From the IMG/VR virus record IMGVR_UViG_3300020045_006091, positions 1-44,001 of that record: DNA of 44,001 bases; one strand, 5' to 3'. A program made the translations under genes and the position numbers. The stretch is from a virus (Duplodnaviria; Caudoviricetes). Shown here in pieces: positions 8,841 through 17,051 of the stretch. The notes beneath the pieces were generated by a model, which searched no databases, had not been told where the DNA came from, and saw only the letters and a program-made list of their open reading frames with translations. The first letter of the stretch is position 1; every line of letters starts with the position of its first letter.

Positions 8841-9392
8841 ATGATACATAAAAAGGAAAAATGCCAATGGGTAAAAAAACAAAGAAAAAAGAAATGCCCT
8901 ATTTGCAAAGAATGGTTTGAAAAAGAAAGAGAGTTTCAGGTTACATGTAATAAATTTGAATGTGCGATAAAACATGGAAAAAAAATATTATCGCAAGAAA
9001 CAAATAAAGCTAAAAAAGAAATGTGCCAAAACAGCAAAAAGTATTTAAAAGACAAAGCCCAAAAGTTATTTAATGAATTTATCAGGAAAAGAGATAAAAA
9101 TGAGCATTGCATATCTTGCGGTCATTCGGGGGATAGACAATTCCACGCAGGTCATTATCGTCCAACTGGAAGGAATGAAGCGTTAAGGTTCAATGAAGAT
9201 AATTGTCATAAACAGTGTTCAATTTGCAATAATCACTTAAGTGGGAATTTAAATGCTTATAGGGTAGGGTTAATCCATAAAATAGGATTAGAAAAAGTTG
9301 AAGAATTAGAAGCAAACAACAATATAAAAAGTTTTACAATCGAAGAGCTAAAAGAAATTATAGAAAAATACAAACAAAAATTAAAAGGATAG
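8841..9392 (+). CDS. ninG: NinG/Rap-family recombination endonuclease
   Basis: CPIC; AQKLFNEFIRKRD..CISCG..HAGHY..LRFNEDNCHKQCSICNNHLSGN. Confidence 0.92.
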   Translation: MIHKKEKCQWVKKQRKKKCPICKEWFEKEREFQVTCNKFECAIKHGKKILSQETNKAKKEMCQNSKKYLKDKAQKLFNEFIRKRDKNEHCISCGHSGDRQFHAGHYRPTGRNEALRFNEDNCHKQCSICNNHLSGNLNAYRVGLIHKIGLEKVEELEANNNIKSFTIEELKEIIEKYKQKLKG

Positions 9393-9395
9393 TAA

Positions 9396-9599
9396 ATGGC
9401 AAAAGAAAAAAGAAAATTGGCAAATTCAACAAAACGAAAAACACAACTCACAATAAATGTGTTTAATGCTGTGGCTGATATTTTTCCTGAAAAAAATGGG
9501 GAAAGCACATCAAAAAGATTACTAAAATATCTGTATAAAAAAATGGAAGAAGATAAATTAATTAGATTTAATGGCGTTGAGATAGAAAAAGTAAAATAG
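9396..9599 (+). CDS. Small basic protein, possibly DNA-binding
   Basis: 67 aa, AAAGGA RBS, K/R-rich. Confidence 0.6.
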   Translation: MAKEKRKLANSTKRKTQLTINVFNAVADIFPEKNGESTSKRLLKYLYKKMEEDKLIRFNGVEIEKVK

Positions 9600-9608
9600 G
9601 AAAAAACA

Positions 9609-9731
9609 ATGGACTACATAATCATAGCAATCATATTTTTCTTTATCGGGTATGAGTGGAGCGGTGAAGCCGTTGTCGGAAATATTTACGAACATCCGCA
9701 CCTTTTACATGTAAAGGAAACCGATGCTTGA
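9609..9731 (+). CDS. 40-aa peptide: hydrophobic N-terminus fused to a YopX C-terminal motif
   Basis: MDYIIIAIIFFFIGYEWSGEAVVGNIYEHPHLLHVKETDA. Confidence 0.55.
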   Translation: MDYIIIAIIFFFIGYEWSGEAVVGNIYEHPHLLHVKETDA

Positions 9732-10632
9732 CTTAGTATTTGAAGAGGAAGAAACTCCACTATCTGGGTTAACAGAAGCAGAATATCATAATCACTCTGC
9801 TTGTTCAGCTTCTACGCTTAAAAGAATTCTTTTTCAAGATGAAGCTTACGAAGTTGCAAACGGTATAAAAGTAGACGAAACTCCATTCATGGTCTTTGGA
9901 ACTTTAGTGCATTGCTTAGTTTTAGAGCCTTTTAAATTTGAAAACGAGTTTATCGTTATGCCCAAGGTAGATGGTCGCACCAAAGAGGGTAAAACTATAA
10001 AAGCTGAATTTGACGAAAAGGCAAATGGTAGGCATGTTATTAGCGAAGATGATTATCAAAGAGCTTTAGATTGTGTTGCTTCCTTAAAAGAAAGTGGTGC
10101 ATTCAAGCTTTTTGAGGGTGGCGAAAATGAAAAGCGGTATCTTAAAATTTTTAAGGACATTCCACTTTACAATGAAGAGGGAACGGAAATAATAGAGTAT
10201 CAAGATGTTGAAGTAAGAGGGATGTTAGATAGTCATAACAGAGATAAAAAAAGAGTAGTTGATTTGAAAATTACTCAAACATATGGCGTGGCATTTAAAA
10301 AAGAAGCAGGAAACAGAGGGCACGGGATGCAACTTTCTTTCTACAATGACTTAGCCGAAGATGTAACAGAGCGTATTATTGTTGGCATTCAAGCAGTAAA
10401 ACCACATAAAATTACTATCGTGAAAGTTCCTGATTTAGAGTTAGAGACAGGAAGAGACTTTTATCGTGTCGGATTAGAAATATGGTTAGATATTCAAACC
10501 TATCCACACAAATACGCCTCAACACTTTGTTATAACCGAAGCGATGAAAGTCCAGTTTTTGAGTATTCAACGCCATTTTGGCAACATTTAGAGATAGACA
10601 AATTAAGAAAAAAAGGAGTTTTACATGGGTGA
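9724..10632 (+). CDS. PD-(D/E)XK exonuclease, RecE/DUF3799-like
   Basis: EYH..SASTLK..FGTLVHCLVLEP..DGRTKEGK..RGMLD..VVDLK..QLSFY. Confidence 0.88.
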   Translation: MLDLVFEEEETPLSGLTEAEYHNHSACSASTLKRILFQDEAYEVANGIKVDETPFMVFGTLVHCLVLEPFKFENEFIVMPKVDGRTKEGKTIKAEFDEKANGRHVISEDDYQRALDCVASLKESGAFKLFEGGENEKRYLKIFKDIPLYNEEGTEIIEYQDVEVRGMLDSHNRDKKRVVDLKITQTYGVAFKKEAGNRGHGMQLSFYNDLAEDVTERIIVGIQAVKPHKITIVKVPDLELETGRDFYRVGLEIWLDIQTYPHKYASTLCYNRSDESPVFEYSTPFWQHLEIDKLRKKGVLHG

Positions 10633-11560
10633 TATTATTGAGGTTGAAGTAGAAAATACACAACAAAGTGGTGCAGTTCAAACACGCACATCTTACACGA
10701 CTGCAATGACAGTCATAAGACCAAGAAACTTAGCAATGGTTGAACAAAGAGCATTACAAGAGGCGGCAATCGCAGGAGATGAATTTTATTACTCATGGCG
10801 ACAAAAAGGGTCAATTATTGAGGGTTTGACAATCGGTGCAGCTAATGCAATAGCGAGAAATTTAGGTAATTGTGCCGTTCCTGTTGAAGTCGATGAAACA
10901 AAAGAAGCGTACTACTTCACTGCTACTTTTATAGATTTAGAAACTGGCTTTAATCTTCAAAGAAAGCTAAGACAGCGTAAAACTCAGAACATGGGCGAGA
11001 AGATGAAAAAAGACGGGCGAGACGAAGATATTATTTTTCAAATCGGACAATCTAAAGCTATCAGAAATGTAATCTTAAATGGCGTTCCAAACTGGCTATG
11101 CAAAAAAGTTTTAGCAAAAGCAAAAGAAAATGTAAAAGGCAAAATCGAACAAATGGGTAAAGAGAAGGCTAAAGACATGCTACTTAAAAAAGCAAATAGC
11201 CTAAAAATTTTACCTGAAACGATTGAAGCATCTTTTGGAAAACAAGCAGGATGGGATACTGAAAAACTGGTGCAGATTAGCGGCGCGTTGCGAGGGCTTG
11301 AAGATGGTTATATTTCTATAGAAGAGGCATTCCCATCTCAAAAAGTAGAAACAAATAAATCTATCGCAAATGAATTGAAAAGCGAAAATGATGTCCTGTC
11401 AGTTTTAAAAAACAAACTTAAAACATTAGGCATTACTGATGTTGATTCGTTCTGTAAACAGTTTGAAATCACAGAAGAAAACGCAGGTACAATGGTAGAT
11501 GATGAGGCAGGGCTTCAAGCTCTTGTAGAGAAGTTTAACGATGAAAGTATAGGGGTGTGA
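10625..11560 (+). CDS. Putative ssDNA-annealing/recombination protein
   Basis: Lies between exonuclease and SSB; PR..YYSW..IEGLTI..IARNLGN..DLET..SKAIRNVIL pattern. Confidence 0.6.
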   Translation: MGDIIEVEVENTQQSGAVQTRTSYTTAMTVIRPRNLAMVEQRALQEAAIAGDEFYYSWRQKGSIIEGLTIGAANAIARNLGNCAVPVEVDETKEAYYFTATFIDLETGFNLQRKLRQRKTQNMGEKMKKDGRDEDIIFQIGQSKAIRNVILNGVPNWLCKKVLAKAKENVKGKIEQMGKEKAKDMLLKKANSLKILPETIEASFGKQAGWDTEKLVQISGALRGLEDGYISIEEAFPSQKVETNKSIANELKSENDVLSVLKNKLKTLGITDVDSFCKQFEITEENAGTMVDDEAGLQALVEKFNDESIGV

Positions 11561-11561
11561 G

Positions 11562-12023
11562 ATGGAAAAAAGACCCGAAATCTATGATTTAAATGACAGT
11601 GATATTTTGGAAATTGCTAAACAAGTATTTGAAGAAATGAGTGGAAATTTTGAAAATTCTGATATTAGCGAAGATGATATTTACCATGCTATTAAAGACA
11701 TCGGCAATAGCAATGGTTTTGAGTACGCAAAACATTTAGAAGATAGCTACAGTGCATATAACATTGATAGCATTATTGTAGATGCTTTGGATAGCATTCA
11801 ATGGTCACTATACGAAGATAAAAAAGCTAAAGAAAAACAATGGGTATCGAAAAATAACATAGTTCCAGTTTATAAAGTTGGTGACATTGTATCTCACATA
11901 CACGGTAAAAACTCTATTGCTGAGATAGATTATGAATACGCAAGATACAAAATCAATACAGACAAAGAAAACACTAAAGCTATTGTTAACTTTGAAGATG
12001 TGACAGAGGTTTCTAATGTATAA
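11562..12023 (+). CDS. Hypothetical protein
   Basis: 153-aa ORF within the operon. Confidence 0.75.
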   Translation: MEKRPEIYDLNDSDILEIAKQVFEEMSGNFENSDISEDDIYHAIKDIGNSNGFEYAKHLEDSYSAYNIDSIIVDALDSIQWSLYEDKKAKEKQWVSKNNIVPVYKVGDIVSHIHGKNSIAEIDYEYARYKINTDKENTKAIVNFEDVTEVSNV

Positions 12024-12474
12024 CCGTGTCGTAATGCTTGGCAATCTTACGAGAGATTGTGAATTGCGCTATCTTCCAAGCGGCGGAGCAGTTTGTACCA
12101 CAGGTCTTGCAACCAATCGAAAGTTTAAAAAAACGGATGGTAGTCAAGGCGAAGAAGTTTGTTTTGTAGATATCACTTTTTTTGGACGCACAGCAGAGAT
12201 TGCAAATCAATACCTTAAAAGAGGCAGTAAAGTTCTTGTTGAGGGAAGATTGAAGCTTGATCAATGGAGTGACCAAAGTGGTGTTAAAAGAAGTAAACAC
12301 TCTATTACGGTAGAAAGCTTACAGATGATTGACAGTATGCAAGCAGAGGGTGAAGGTCAAGCAGAGGAAAAGCCAAAACAAAAGACAGAGATAACAGTGC
12401 AAAAAGCAGATAGACAAGAATATGAGATGCCTGATATTAATGACGACGAAATCCCTTTTAGCGAGGCAAGATAG
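12016..12474 (+). CDS. ssb: Single-stranded DNA-binding protein
   Basis: [24 protein letters not shown]..; acidic DDEIPF near the C-terminus. Confidence 0.97.
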   Translation: MYNRVVMLGNLTRDCELRYLPSGGAVCTTGLATNRKFKKTDGSQGEEVCFVDITFFGRTAEIANQYLKRGSKVLVEGRLKLDQWSDQSGVKRSKHSITVESLQMIDSMQAEGEGQAEEKPKQKTEITVQKADRQEYEMPDINDDEIPFSEAR

Positions 12475-12625
12475 AGCCTATACACAATCTATTAATAAAT
12501 AATTAATCTTTAGAATGTTTTAAATGCAAAAGCGGAGAAAGATGTAAAAAGCTTTTGCAATTTAACAAAGATATGAAATTAATGGCTGAATATGTTTCTT
12601 ACAACTGACTTTTATCAAAAATGGC

Positions 12626-12751
12626 ATGAAACAAATTTATTTAATATGTCATAACAAGAAAAGTTTTTCCGTAAGCTATGGAGAAACTAAAGTTCAGTAT
12701 TCTCCTGTTGATGATATTCCTGTTGATGACAATGGTATTGCGTTATTTTAA
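12626..12751 (+). CDS. Hypothetical 41-aa protein
   Basis: Manually translated (MKQIYLICHN...); abuts the next ATG. Confidence 0.4.
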   Translation: MKQIYLICHNKKSFSVSYGETKVQYSPVDDIPVDDNGIALF

Positions 12752-12922
12752 ATGGCAGAGAAACAAGAGCCAAGACGACCACGCTACACGATACAGTGCA
12801 GAGAGCATAATCCCATCGTAAAGTGGACTGCGGAAGTTTTGGAAAAATGCAAGTGCGGTAACGGTCATCTTTTTGTGGATGACCACCGTAAACCTGAAAG
12901 TGGATACAAGGAAATAGAATGA
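12752..12922 (+). CDS. Hypothetical 56-aa Cys/His protein
   Basis: MAEKQEPRRP..CREH..CKCG; in operon orientation. Confidence 0.5.
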   Translation: MAEKQEPRRPRYTIQCREHNPIVKWTAEVLEKCKCGNGHLFVDDHRKPESGYKEIE

Positions 12923-12950
12923 CTTATATAAAATATAAAGGAGCAAAAGA

Positions 12951-13445
12951 GTGGCAAGTAGTAATTTAGCAATGTTGTCAATTACTGGCAATAATGAGCA
13001 TAGTGATGAGTGCTATACTCCGATAGAAGCAATAAGTCCCTTGCTGAAAGTTCTTTCAAAAGATATGGTTTATTATGATTGCACTAGCGGCATAAGTGGC
13101 AATATTGTTGATTATCTCAATAAAAATGGGTTTACATGTAAGGCAAGTAATGGAAGAGATTTTCTTACAGATGATTTTGATGATTTTGATTGCATTATAA
13201 CTAACCCGCCATATTCAAAAAAAGATAAATTTATCAAGAAGTGTTATGAACTAAAAAAGCCTTTTGCATTGTTGCTTCCAGTATCTTCACTTCAAGGCGT
13301 GTATAGAGGTGGTATGTTTTCTTCAAAAGGACTAGAGCTTTTAGTGCTTAATAAAAGAATTGATTTTACTGGTAAAAAATCACCTCACTTTGGTGTTGCA
13401 TGGTTTTGTAAAGACCTTTTAAAAGAAAAAATAATGTTTGCGTAA
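12951..13445 (+). CDS. Small phage amino-DNA methyltransferase (likely N6-adenine)
   Basis: DECYTP, DFL and IITNPPYS catalytic motif, FALLLP, KRIDF. Confidence 0.85.
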   Translation: MASSNLAMLSITGNNEHSDECYTPIEAISPLLKVLSKDMVYYDCTSGISGNIVDYLNKNGFTCKASNGRDFLTDDFDDFDCIITNPPYSKKDKFIKKCYELKKPFALLLPVSSLQGVYRGGMFSSKGLELLVLNKRIDFTGKKSPHFGVAWFCKDLLKEKIMFA

Positions 13446-13473
13446 AATATAAATAATTTAGAAAGGAAATAGA

Positions 13474-14100
13474 ATGACAAAAGAAGATTTAAAACTAATA
13501 CACGCCTTTATAGATAGCAAGAACCCAAAGAATGAGCTTAACTTTGCTCTTGTTTCAAGTGGTGGAATTTTTGCGACTGATACTCGTAAGGCTATCCATT
13601 TTAACCATAATTTTCTTGGTGCTGATATGCTTTTGCATAAGAAAGTTTTAAATGGCTTTATTCAGTCTTTGGATAAGCATGATGTTTGCGATATAGATGG
13701 TTGTGGTTTTTTGCATAATGGCGACATAAAAGTCAACTGTGATACTTTTTATGGCGATGAAAACAAATTTCCTAATTTAAAAGCTATCATTGACCATGAT
13801 TTTAAATACATGATAAAGTTAGATAATATCGATGATCTTCAATTTGAACTATCTTTGCTTGATTGTTTTATAGATGAAGTTCACTTAAATCCTATTATAG
13901 AATTTTCTAGTATTTGTCATGAGTTTATTATTTTTTATGATAAGCAGACTGTCATAGATGGCTTAACTAACAATGGAATGGTTAAAATAGTTGGTCTTTA
14001 TAACGAAGATGAAGAACTTGGTATTGTCAGGTTTAATGCTATGGTGATGGGTCGAGAGTTTAAAGCTCAAGCTAAAGAACAGTTATTGTTTGAGTTATAA
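13474..14100 (+). CDS. Beta-sliding-clamp-like phage protein (partial fold)
   Basis: ATDTRK and KFPNLKAII resemble the DnaN ATDxxR and FPxxxxvi motifs. Confidence 0.5.
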   Translation: MTKEDLKLIHAFIDSKNPKNELNFALVSSGGIFATDTRKAIHFNHNFLGADMLLHKKVLNGFIQSLDKHDVCDIDGCGFLHNGDIKVNCDTFYGDENKFPNLKAIIDHDFKYMIKLDNIDDLQFELSLLDCFIDEVHLNPIIEFSSICHEFIIFYDKQTVIDGLTNNGMVKIVGLYNEDEELGIVRFNAMVMGREFKAQAKEQLLFEL

Positions 14101-14341
14101 AATGGAAGTCAAATCTATTAAAATTCATATTAACCAAAACCAAAATGGCATTAAATTTGCGTGTGTTGAGGTTAATGATGGATTTTGGTTTAACAATAAA
14201 AGTAAAATTAGTAATAATTTTGATGATAGATATAAAATTTATGAAAAAATTGATAACGATGGCATCATGAGAGATTTGTATTATCGGTATTCTAAATGCG
14301 TTGAACTTATTACAAATGGCAAAATTGAGTTTGATGTATAA
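14090..14341 (+). CDS. Hypothetical protein
   Basis: 83-aa ORF within the operon. Confidence 0.55.
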   Translation: MSYKMEVKSIKIHINQNQNGIKFACVEVNDGFWFNNKSKISNNFDDRYKIYEKIDNDGIMRDLYYRYSKCVELITNGKIEFDV

Positions 14342-14415
14342 TTTAAGGTAAGTTTTATTGTTTTATCGCTAATATTCTCTTGTAAACATTTTTACCAAAT
14401 CTTTTACAAAACTTT

Positions 14416-14437
14416 GGGGAGTTTCTCCCCTTTTTTT
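14416..14437 (+). terminator. Intrinsic terminator
   Basis: GGGGAG-TTT-CTCCCC followed by T7. Confidence 0.75.
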
Positions 14438-14439
14438 AT

Positions 14440-14517
14440 AGCACTTCTAAAAGGCAGGTTAGCACTTGACGGTCGTCCGCCTGTCTTTTAGAGTTGCTTG
14501 TAAGTGATGACCGTCAA
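14440..14517 (+). ncRNA. Candidate structured regulatory RNA in the rha leader
   Basis: Long stem 14440-14458/14480-14498; loop 14466-14477 complementary to 14506-14517. Confidence 0.6.
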
Positions 14518-14577
14518 TCTTCACATAAAACTACTTCCAACTACTTAAAAATGACTGACAATCACAAAGGATTTATA

Positions 14578-15237
14578 ATGCAACCAATCATTATAAATAA
14601 TGTTGAGGTTAATCTAGTTGCCAAAGATGGCTTAATTTTTGCTACTAGCTTGGATGTGGCTCGTGTTTTTGAAAAAGAACATAAAGATGTTTTAAGAATC
14701 ATTAATAATATGAGCGAAAGAGGACAGCGCAATTTTACGCCATCCTCATATCTAAACGCTCAGAATAGAAAAATGCCTATGTATGAAATGAACCGTGATG
14801 GTTTTTCATTTTTAGTAATGGGCTTTACTGGTGAAAAAGCCGACAATTTTAAACTTGATTTTATTGAGGGCTTTAATAAGCTTGAAAACGAAATGCGTAA
14901 ACTTCAAAATCCACAAAATCAACAAATCCAATTTTTACAAGGTATGCTCAATACTATCAGTACGATGGATAATCGAGTTACTACATTGGAACAATCTCGA
15001 AGACTTGAAAATTGGCAAGAAAAAGAACTCCATGACTTAAAAAATAAAAAAGTTTATACTTTGGCTGAAAAACACGGCTTTATTAATGATAGTGAGATGG
15101 TTAGAAAACTTCATTCTCGTGTTTGGAAGCATTTAAAAAATGTGTTTAATGTACCTAGGTATAACGAAATACCTTGCATTAAATTTGATGAAGCTAAAGA
15201 GTGCATTAATTGCATTTCTTTTAGCGATTTAGTTTAA
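14578..15237 (+). CDS. rha: Rha-family phage regulator with ORF6C-like C-terminus
   Basis: TSLDVARVFEKEHKDVLRII..MYEMNRDGFSFLVMGFTGEKA..FK; ATG at 14578 with AAAGGA. Confidence 0.92.
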   Translation: MQPIIINNVEVNLVAKDGLIFATSLDVARVFEKEHKDVLRIINNMSERGQRNFTPSSYLNAQNRKMPMYEMNRDGFSFLVMGFTGEKADNFKLDFIEGFNKLENEMRKLQNPQNQQIQFLQGMLNTISTMDNRVTTLEQSRRLENWQEKELHDLKNKKVYTLAEKHGFINDSEMVRKLHSRVWKHLKNVFNVPRYNEIPCIKFDEAKECINCISFSDLV

Positions 15238-15804
15238 ATGAGCATAGCAATGAAACCAATACTATTTAACACAGAGATGGTGAGAGCTATCTTAGATGGA
15301 AGAAAAACACAGACTAGGCGAGTTGTAAAATGGCAAAGAGTACATATTACAGATAGCAATGAAAAGTTATTGTTAAAGATAAATCCAATTAAAGTCGGTG
15401 ACATTTTCTATGTAAGAGAAACATGGACTAGGTGCTTTTTAGATAATAAACCAATGATAGTTTTTAAAGCTGATGAAAACATACAATGGAAACATGAAAA
15501 TGATGGTTTTAAAATACCATGGATTCCATCTATCCACATACCAAAAGATGCAGCTCGTATCTTCTTACATGTAAAAAATATAAGAGTTGAAAGACTGCAA
15601 GATATTAGCCATGATGATATTTATGCAGAGGGATTAGATTGGAAAGATTTTGAATGTGACAATGGGCAAAGTGAAAACAATGTCTTCATATGGTGGCAAC
15701 AACTTTGGAACTTAACCGCTAAAGATGGCTATAAGTGGAAAGATAACCCTTATGTTTTTGTATATGAGTTTGAAAGAGTAGAGAAGCCAAAGGATAACCA
15801 ATGA
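15238..15804 (+). CDS. ASCH/PUA-like phage protein
   Basis: KPILFNTEMVRAILDGRKTQTRR..YVRETW..PSIH..RVERLQDI..NPYV. Confidence 0.88.
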   Translation: MSIAMKPILFNTEMVRAILDGRKTQTRRVVKWQRVHITDSNEKLLLKINPIKVGDIFYVRETWTRCFLDNKPMIVFKADENIQWKHENDGFKIPWIPSIHIPKDAARIFLHVKNIRVERLQDISHDDIYAEGLDWKDFECDNGQSENNVFIWWQQLWNLTAKDGYKWKDNPYVFVYEFERVEKPKDNQ

Positions 15805-15943
15805 AACACATATTAATAATATGCATTATATTTTGTGCTTATACAATGCATCAACAAAAACAAACCATTAAAGCACTTGTTCACGATCTTAACAGGGTAG
15901 TATATGAGTTTCACAATGAAATAGACATGTTAAAGGAGAGTAA

Positions 15944-16138
15944 ATGCAATTAATATTTCCACTTATAATTTTTTTTATAGCATTGCTAGGCATATGTTTT
16001 TTAATAAACCAAAAAATTGAGAGATTATTAGAAAAAATTGAAGATATAGAATTTGATATTAAAAATAGTTTATCAGATAATGTTCTTCCTCATGGGAAGC
16101 CAACAAAACCAATAAATACAAGAGGTATGACATGGTAG
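15944..16138 (+). CDS. Small membrane protein
   Basis: N-terminal hydrophobic helix, AAGGAG RBS. Confidence 0.65.
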   Translation: MQLIFPLIIFFIALLGICFLINQKIERLLEKIEDIEFDIKNSLSDNVLPHGKPTKPINTRGMTW

Positions 16139-16178
16139 TAAGTTTTTATTGTAGTAGAGAAGCTATGCGTAGCAAAGT

Positions 16179-16421
16179 TTGGAGGGTGATATGATAAATA
16201 AATTAATTTCAATGAGAGTATCTTTTTTACTTTTAGAGCTTGAACAAATATCAGATAGATTAGCTGATTTAACTATTTCTGCTAGTGATGAAATGAGTCC
16301 ATTAAAAAAAGTTATGCATAAAGTTATTGAACCAAAAGATTTAAAAAGAATTTTAAGCATTAAAAATCAACTAGAACTTCTTGGTTATATTTTTAATAAA
16401 AAGGAAAACAATGTTAAATGA
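16179..16421 (+). CDS. Hypothetical protein (start probably ATG 16191)
   Basis: GGAGG RBS before MINKL. Confidence 0.6.
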   Translation: MEGDMINKLISMRVSFLLLELEQISDRLADLTISASDEMSPLKKVMHKVIEPKDLKRILSIKNQLELLGYIFNKKENNVK

Positions 16422-16611
16422 AGTATTAAGACTAACAAGAAAAAGAACTAATAGCATAGAGCCTTTACATGTAAAAGAAAAATATTTAAAAACTTCTTGC
16501 TATGGTTGTAAATTTAATGATAGTGATATGGATGAAAATGAGCGTAAGGCACATTGTTTTAGTTGTCTTGAACCAATTACTGTTAGAAAAAATTATGTTA
16601 TCAAAGAGTAA
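16411..16611 (+). CDS. Hypothetical Cys-pair protein
   Basis: ATG at 16411 after AAGGA; CYGC and CFSC. Confidence 0.6.
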   Translation: MLNEVLRLTRKRTNSIEPLHVKEKYLKTSCYGCKFNDSDMDENERKAHCFSCLEPITVRKNYVIKE

Positions 16612-16614
16612 ATT

Positions 16615-16722
16615 ATGACTTATGAACAATTTATAAAATCAAAACAATTTAAGATCAAAAATAAATCTGTGCCTATTAATAGAGATGATTTTAACAAAAA
16701 CTTGTTTGATATGGAAGATTAA
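16615..16722 (+). pseudogene. Possible collapsed remnant of a phage helicase/methylase gene
   Basis: MTYEQFIKSKQ..NKNLFDMED resembles, from recall, the N-terminus of phage SNF2-type helicases. Confidence 0.35.
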
Positions 16723-16723
16723 A

Positions 16724-16866
16724 ATGCGTATAGCAACTTTGTTAGCGATAGCCAAATGTACAAACAAGCAGGTAACAGTATGACCGTTGCAGTGTTGGAG
16801 ATGATATTTAGACAGATAGAAAAAGCTGTAAGAAAAGAAAATGTAGGTAGTTTGTTTTCATTATAA
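16724..16866 (+). pseudogene. Internally deleted C5-cytosine DNA methyltransferase
   Basis: MRIATL (start of motif I) joined out of frame to VSDSQMYKQAGNSMTVAVLEMIF (motif X). Confidence 0.8.
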
Positions 16867-16868
16867 TT

Positions 16869-16943
16869 AAATAAAGAAATCCGTCCTTGCTCTTACAATG
16901 AACGGATTGAGTGTGTCTAAATGAGTTTACCCCGACGAAAGGA
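16869..16943 (-). ncRNA. Candidate antisense RNA over the rep leader
   Basis: Minus-strand TGATATAAT at 16950-16958; terminator stem 16878-16908 followed by UCUUUAUUU. Confidence 0.5.
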
Positions 16944-17051
16944 TAAGTTATTATATCAAATTACTATAAAAAAGACAAACCTTTCAGCAATATTGACCGA
17001 TTAAACGCTATAAAAAAGGCAAATAGGTCTAAAACTTTTGAATATTTTTAT

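Noticed and set aside
509-16474. TTTACATGTAAA as canonical parS
   Set aside because: Differs from the TTTCACGTGAAA core and no ParB is visible; kept only as an unexplained motif
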